From assembly GCA_963575745.1 (NCBI GenBank), contig CAUYUJ010000196.1, forward strand, positions 62,001 through 116,944: a DNA stretch of 54,944 nucleotides, given 5' to 3'. Origin of the DNA: Prorocentrum cordatum (taxonomy: Eukaryota). This document shows, in pieces, positions 50,849 to 54,944 of this stretch (positions are counted from its first letter, which is position 1; each line of letters begins with the position of its first letter). Below the pieces are notes generated by a model that was given only the letters and a program-made list of their open reading frames with translations, was not told the origin of the DNA and ran no database searches. The translations under genes and the position numbers were made by a program.

Positions 50849-53800
50849 ACACAATGAAGCCACGCGCCGAAGATGGCCGCCCACTGCGGTAAGACGCGGC
50901 AGGAAAATTGCGCAAGTGCCCCACGAGCCCGAGCTCGAAGGCGTCGATGGATTTCGAGCGCCGATCAAGGCACGGAAAGGCGAGGTGAGGATCGCGCCCT
51001 AGTGGGGTGCGGTGGGCGCGACGACATGCGCGCTGAGCCCCGGGCCCGCCGCCGCGGGGGCGCCGGCCGCCGCGGCGGCGGCGTCTGCGGCGCGGGCGCG
51101 GCGGCTGCAGGCGAGGCGCAGAGGCCGCGCGCGTGCCGCGGAATCAACCCTCTCGCGACGCCGGCGCGCAGCTCGGCCGCCGTGCGATTGCCCGCGATTC
51201 GCCCGGAGGCGCAGAGCGGATGCAGGCGCGCCTCGCGCCCGTCAAACACGACCCCCGAAGCGACGGCGACGTCCGCGCGCGCCGTCGCGAAGGGCGCGCC
51301 CGCGCCGATGGCGACGCGGCACGCCGGAGCCTTCGCCCCCGAAGGCAGCGCGCCCCTCGCCTCGAGGGCCCGCCAGTCGAAGGGCCCCCACCCCGATGGT
51401 TCGCCCCCCATGGAGGGTTGCGATCGCCAGCGACGACTCGCGTCGCTGAGCCGACGGGACAAGCCCGCGGGCGACTCCACCGGAACCGCGCGCTCGCGCG
51501 CGCGCGCCGCATCTCTGGGGGCTCATCATGCGGGCCCCGGCCCCTGATGTGGGTGGGCCCCAGGTCGGCGTGCCTTGAGGCGATCCAAGAGGGCGGCGAC
51601 GGTCGCTGCCCGTCGGCGACGGGCAACGTTGCCCTCCCGCCCGACCCCCCGAATGGCCCCTCGAGGAAAGGGGCGGGGTCCTCTCCCTTCAGCTCGTCGG
51701 GGCCTTCCACGGGGCGCGCGCCGCCCGTCTTGAACAGGCGGCGGCGGGCTGGAGACCGCAGCGGAGGCAGAGCAGGCGGGGCGAGCGAGCTCTCGGCCTC
51801 GTCGCGCCCCCCCGCTGCGAACCAGCGGAGTCGCGACGCGGCGCGCTGGCGCATGTCGCCCCAGTCCGACAACCAGCGGGCGACTGTCAGAGGCTCGCCC
51901 GCCACCTCCAGGCGCCAACCCGCCGCGCCCGACAGCAGCGCCGACGCCGCCCACGGACTCTCGGGCGGGTCGCCAGACGCCCGAGCGGCGCGAGCCCGGG
52001 CCTCGGGGGAGAGGAGAAACGCGGCAGGGCCCGCCGGCGCAAAGCCGCGCAGGGGGCGGGGGCGAGAGGCGCGAACCCGCGGCTCGGCGCGGCGTGGCGG
52101 GGCAGTCCACGGCCGCGGGCGCTTCGCCAGAAGATGCTCCTGCAGCCCCGCAGATGGCGCGACCTTCTCCCTGCGGGGCCGCGACGGCATCGCTGGATCG
52201 AGCGGAGCGCGCCCGCCGGCGGGGGGGGGGGGGGCAACCCTCCGTCGGCGCGGCGCCCGAGGCGCTCGCGCTGAGCGCAGGGCCTTGGGGCTGGGCCCAG
52301 GCGCTCGCGGAGCGGCGGGCCCCCGCCCCGCCCCCGCCCCGCCGAGGCCCAGCGGCCCGCGGCGGGGGCGAGGGGGCTGGCTCGCGCCAGGGACCTTGAC
52401 GAGAGCCGCTTTGGGATCAGAGTTTCGCGCGAAGCTAGGCCCGTCGCCCGCGCGGTTCGACTCGCGGCCCCTTGCGCCTGCGAAATCCTTTGGCCCGCAA
52501 GCAACGGCGCGCTCAGCTGGCGAGGCGGAGGGGGGCGCCCGCGGGGGGCCGCTGCGGAACAGCGGCAGCCGGCACCGAGCGAGCGAACCTACCGCGGCCG
52601 CTGAGCCCTGGGGCGCAGCTGGGCCCGGCGGCGAAGGGACTGGGCCTGGCGCGGAGCGAGGGCGCAGGGCCGCGTTCGCGTTCGCTGCCGCCCGCGCAAG
52701 GGCCTGGGGCTTGGGAAAGATGGCCCCAAGCCCAAGGGGGCCCGCATCCCTGGAGGAGGGGCCCCATGCAGAGGCGTGCCCGGGGCAGAACCCGAAGCCG
52801 GGGGGGCCCGGCGACGCGCGCGAAACCGACGGCCCGCCCGCTGGCGCTCGCGGCGGCTGTAGCCCGCGGCAGGCTTCGAACAAGCAGCGCGGCAGCCGCG
52901 GTTTGGACAGTCTGTGAGCGCCCCGCCCGCGGGCCCCGGCGCGCGCGCGCTTGCCGTCGGCCCCGCGAGATCGCCGGCGCCTAGCGCCTCGCGGTCGCGA
53001 AACCCTCGGCCTCGACGCGCGCCAACGCGCAGCTCACGGCCGACGCGGGGGCGCCGGGGCCCGCGCGCAACGCGCGGTCGCGCAGGCCTGGGCGGCGCTC
53101 GCGCGGCCCGCCGCCCGCAAGGGCCCGCCGCGGCCCCGCCCGAGCTGAGCGCGCGCGGCGCGCATCGGCCTACTTGCAGGCTTCGCGCCCCGCAGCGCCC
53201 GCCCGCCGCCGATGGCACTTGCGATCGGCAACGAGGCGGGCAGAGGCCTCGCGCGAGACCGCGCGCGCACCCTCGCCGCGCAGCGGGGCGGGGGCCAAGC
53301 CGCCGACGACGGCTGCCAACGCCTCGCGGATCGCTCCAACCTCGACGCGACCGCGCGCTGCAGCCTGCGCGCACTCCGAAGGGCTCGCAGCGGCCAGCGC
53401 AGAGCTCGCGGAGCCCATTCCGTTGGTGGCGACCCGAACATCAGGCAGGGCCCTGCGCAGCCGCAGCTCAGTCTCGGCCGCGGGCACTCGCGCGGACAGC
53501 GACTCGTCGAGCGCTGCCAGCGCAGAGGCATGCCCCGCGGGGGTCCATTTGCGGGCGAACCGCGGCGCGCGCGGCAGAAGCGCTAGAGCCGGGGCAGCAC
53601 TCGGGCTGCGACGCTGCCGCGAAGGCCTGCGCGAGCTCGGCCTCCTGCGTCGCACCGCGCGAGCCATCGGGCCACCCGCGCCGCGGGCGCCTCGGCAGCC
53701 GCGCCGCCGATCGACGGGGGCCTTGTCGGGAAGGCAGGTCGCCGAGGCCTGGCGGGAGGTAGCCTCGGCGACGGGCAGGCGGCCCCCGGCGGCGCCCTTG

Positions 53801-54429
53801 GCGCGTCGGCCGCCGCCTGCAAGCGCGCGGCGCTCGCGCACAGGCGCGGCGCAGCGCGCTGCTGGCACCGCGAGGGCGCGGGGGTCGAGCCGAGGTGGCC
53901 GGGGCGACTGCCCGCAACGGGAAGCGGCGGGCGTTCGCTCGGCCCCGAGGGGCCGCGAAATCCGGGCGGGGGCGCGGGGGGGCCTCAAGGGCAACCGCCG
54001 ACTCCGCGCCCGCATCGGAGCCTTCGCCCGGCGGGCCACGCTAACCGAACATCGCGTTGCGCGGCCCGCAGGGCGGGGCAGCCGCTAGAGGCCGCCTTGG
54101 ACCGCCCTCGGGGGCCCGAGCCCCCCGGGCTGCAAGCTAGAAGCAGCGCGACAAACCGACGCCGAAAACGCGCGGGGCAGAAAAACGCGCGTGAATCCGC
54201 AACGGCCAGGCAATCAAATCCGGAACTCACCCGGCGCCCGTCGACCGCGCGGGGGAGACGCGAGTGGGCGGGCGGACAGCACGATTGCGCGCGGGATCTT
54301 TTGCGCGCGTCGATGAGCCAATACAAGCCTCTAGTGAAAAGACCCCTCCCCGAATAATAGACGGCATCGCAATTGCGAGGTCACGGGGCGACCCCCGGAG
54401 AGCTGCCCCGGCCGCGCGTTGCATGACAG

Positions 54430-54944
54430 ACCCCGCCAGCCCTCTGGCCGTAGGTGGTCTCGGGGGGCTCCTCTTGACTCCTTCAACCCCCTTCTTCCCC
54501 TTCGGGGAAGGGTTCGCCCCCCCCGCCCACCCCGCCCCCGGGGTCTGGGCGGCTGCGGTCGCGGGCAGGCGGAGCGCCCAAGATCCAAGGCGGCTCCAGG
54601 AGCGCCTCGCAATGGCCAAGAAGACCTCCGACATGGCTCTAGATAACGCGAGATGCTGCAGTATGGCTTTCAAAATGACCCAGAAACCCTCGCGAACGCC
54701 CCACGGCGGCCCCCGGGGGGCCCGGAGACCTCCGAGGGGTTCCCCACGGGGCCAGAATCCTTCACACACCAAATGAAAACCAATGATTGTTGCCGCCTCG
54801 CCATCGCACCCGACGGCCATCCGAGGCCTCGAGACGGCGCCAAAATAACCCGGGAGAACCCCGGGAGAAGCCCGAGAGAGCCCCGAAAGGGCCCGAAGAG
54901 TGCCCGAGAGCGCCCTTTAAGAGCGCTCCAAGAGGGGCCCAGGT
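54430..54944 (+). repeat. CCAAGACGGCC-family dispersed repeat running off the window end
   Basis: TTCCCCTTCGGGGAA hairpin, then degenerate CCAAGA..GGC(C/T)CC units and an AT-rich AAAACCAATGATTG segment as in the other copies. Confidence 0.55.

Noticed and set aside
49013..50924. Repeat-protein ORFs in the 90-bp array
   Set aside because: The unit length is a multiple of 3 and all frames are open. Indels between units shift frames freely.
50870..54300. ORFs of up to ~590 aa on both strands
   Set aside because: The sequence is extremely GC-rich and stop-poor, giving overlapping R/A/G/P-rich frames with no recognisable domain. Faint DIRS-like RT traces (SMGG, VVFDG near 51000-51450, -) are too weak to call.

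Overview
This is GC-rich, repeat-saturated eukaryotic DNA with no intact host gene. A 20/22 match to the dinoflagellate spliced leader (DinoSL) at 43812-43833 (-) indicates a dinoflagellate nuclear genome. (1) A full-length ~4.4 kb non-LTR retrotransposon (1108-5504, -) has a coiled-coil ORF1, an APE+RT ORF2 broken by two frameshifts, and a perfect 17-bp target-site duplication. (2) There are three processed-pseudogene-like relics: an SL-capped voltage-gated ion channel, a second channel fragment with an EF-hand, and a SET-domain gene behind a degenerate SL-like motif. (3) Several decayed RT or restriction-like-endonuclease fragments are present. (4) Tandem arrays include 101-bp, 90-bp, ~62-bp and 30-bp palindromic units, plus (TAG)n, (GAT/CAT)n and (TCC)n. 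The most unusual signal is that arrays end in short conserved caps. The unrelated 101-bp and 90-bp arrays, 44 kb apart, end in the same TTCAAAACGAG(A/G)ACCCAAC hairpin motif, and both (TAG)n blocks end in the same 37-38 bp motif. A microsatellite-carrying family ends in GCACGGTGGCGG..TGCCGCAGGCAGCTRGA, with a matching 5' inverted repeat and an apparent head-to-tail junction, which suggests non-autonomous rolling-circle elements. Conserved motifs in independent pseudogenes repeatedly appear to have decayed A/T->G/C. All family assignments come from motif recognition by eye; no searches were run.
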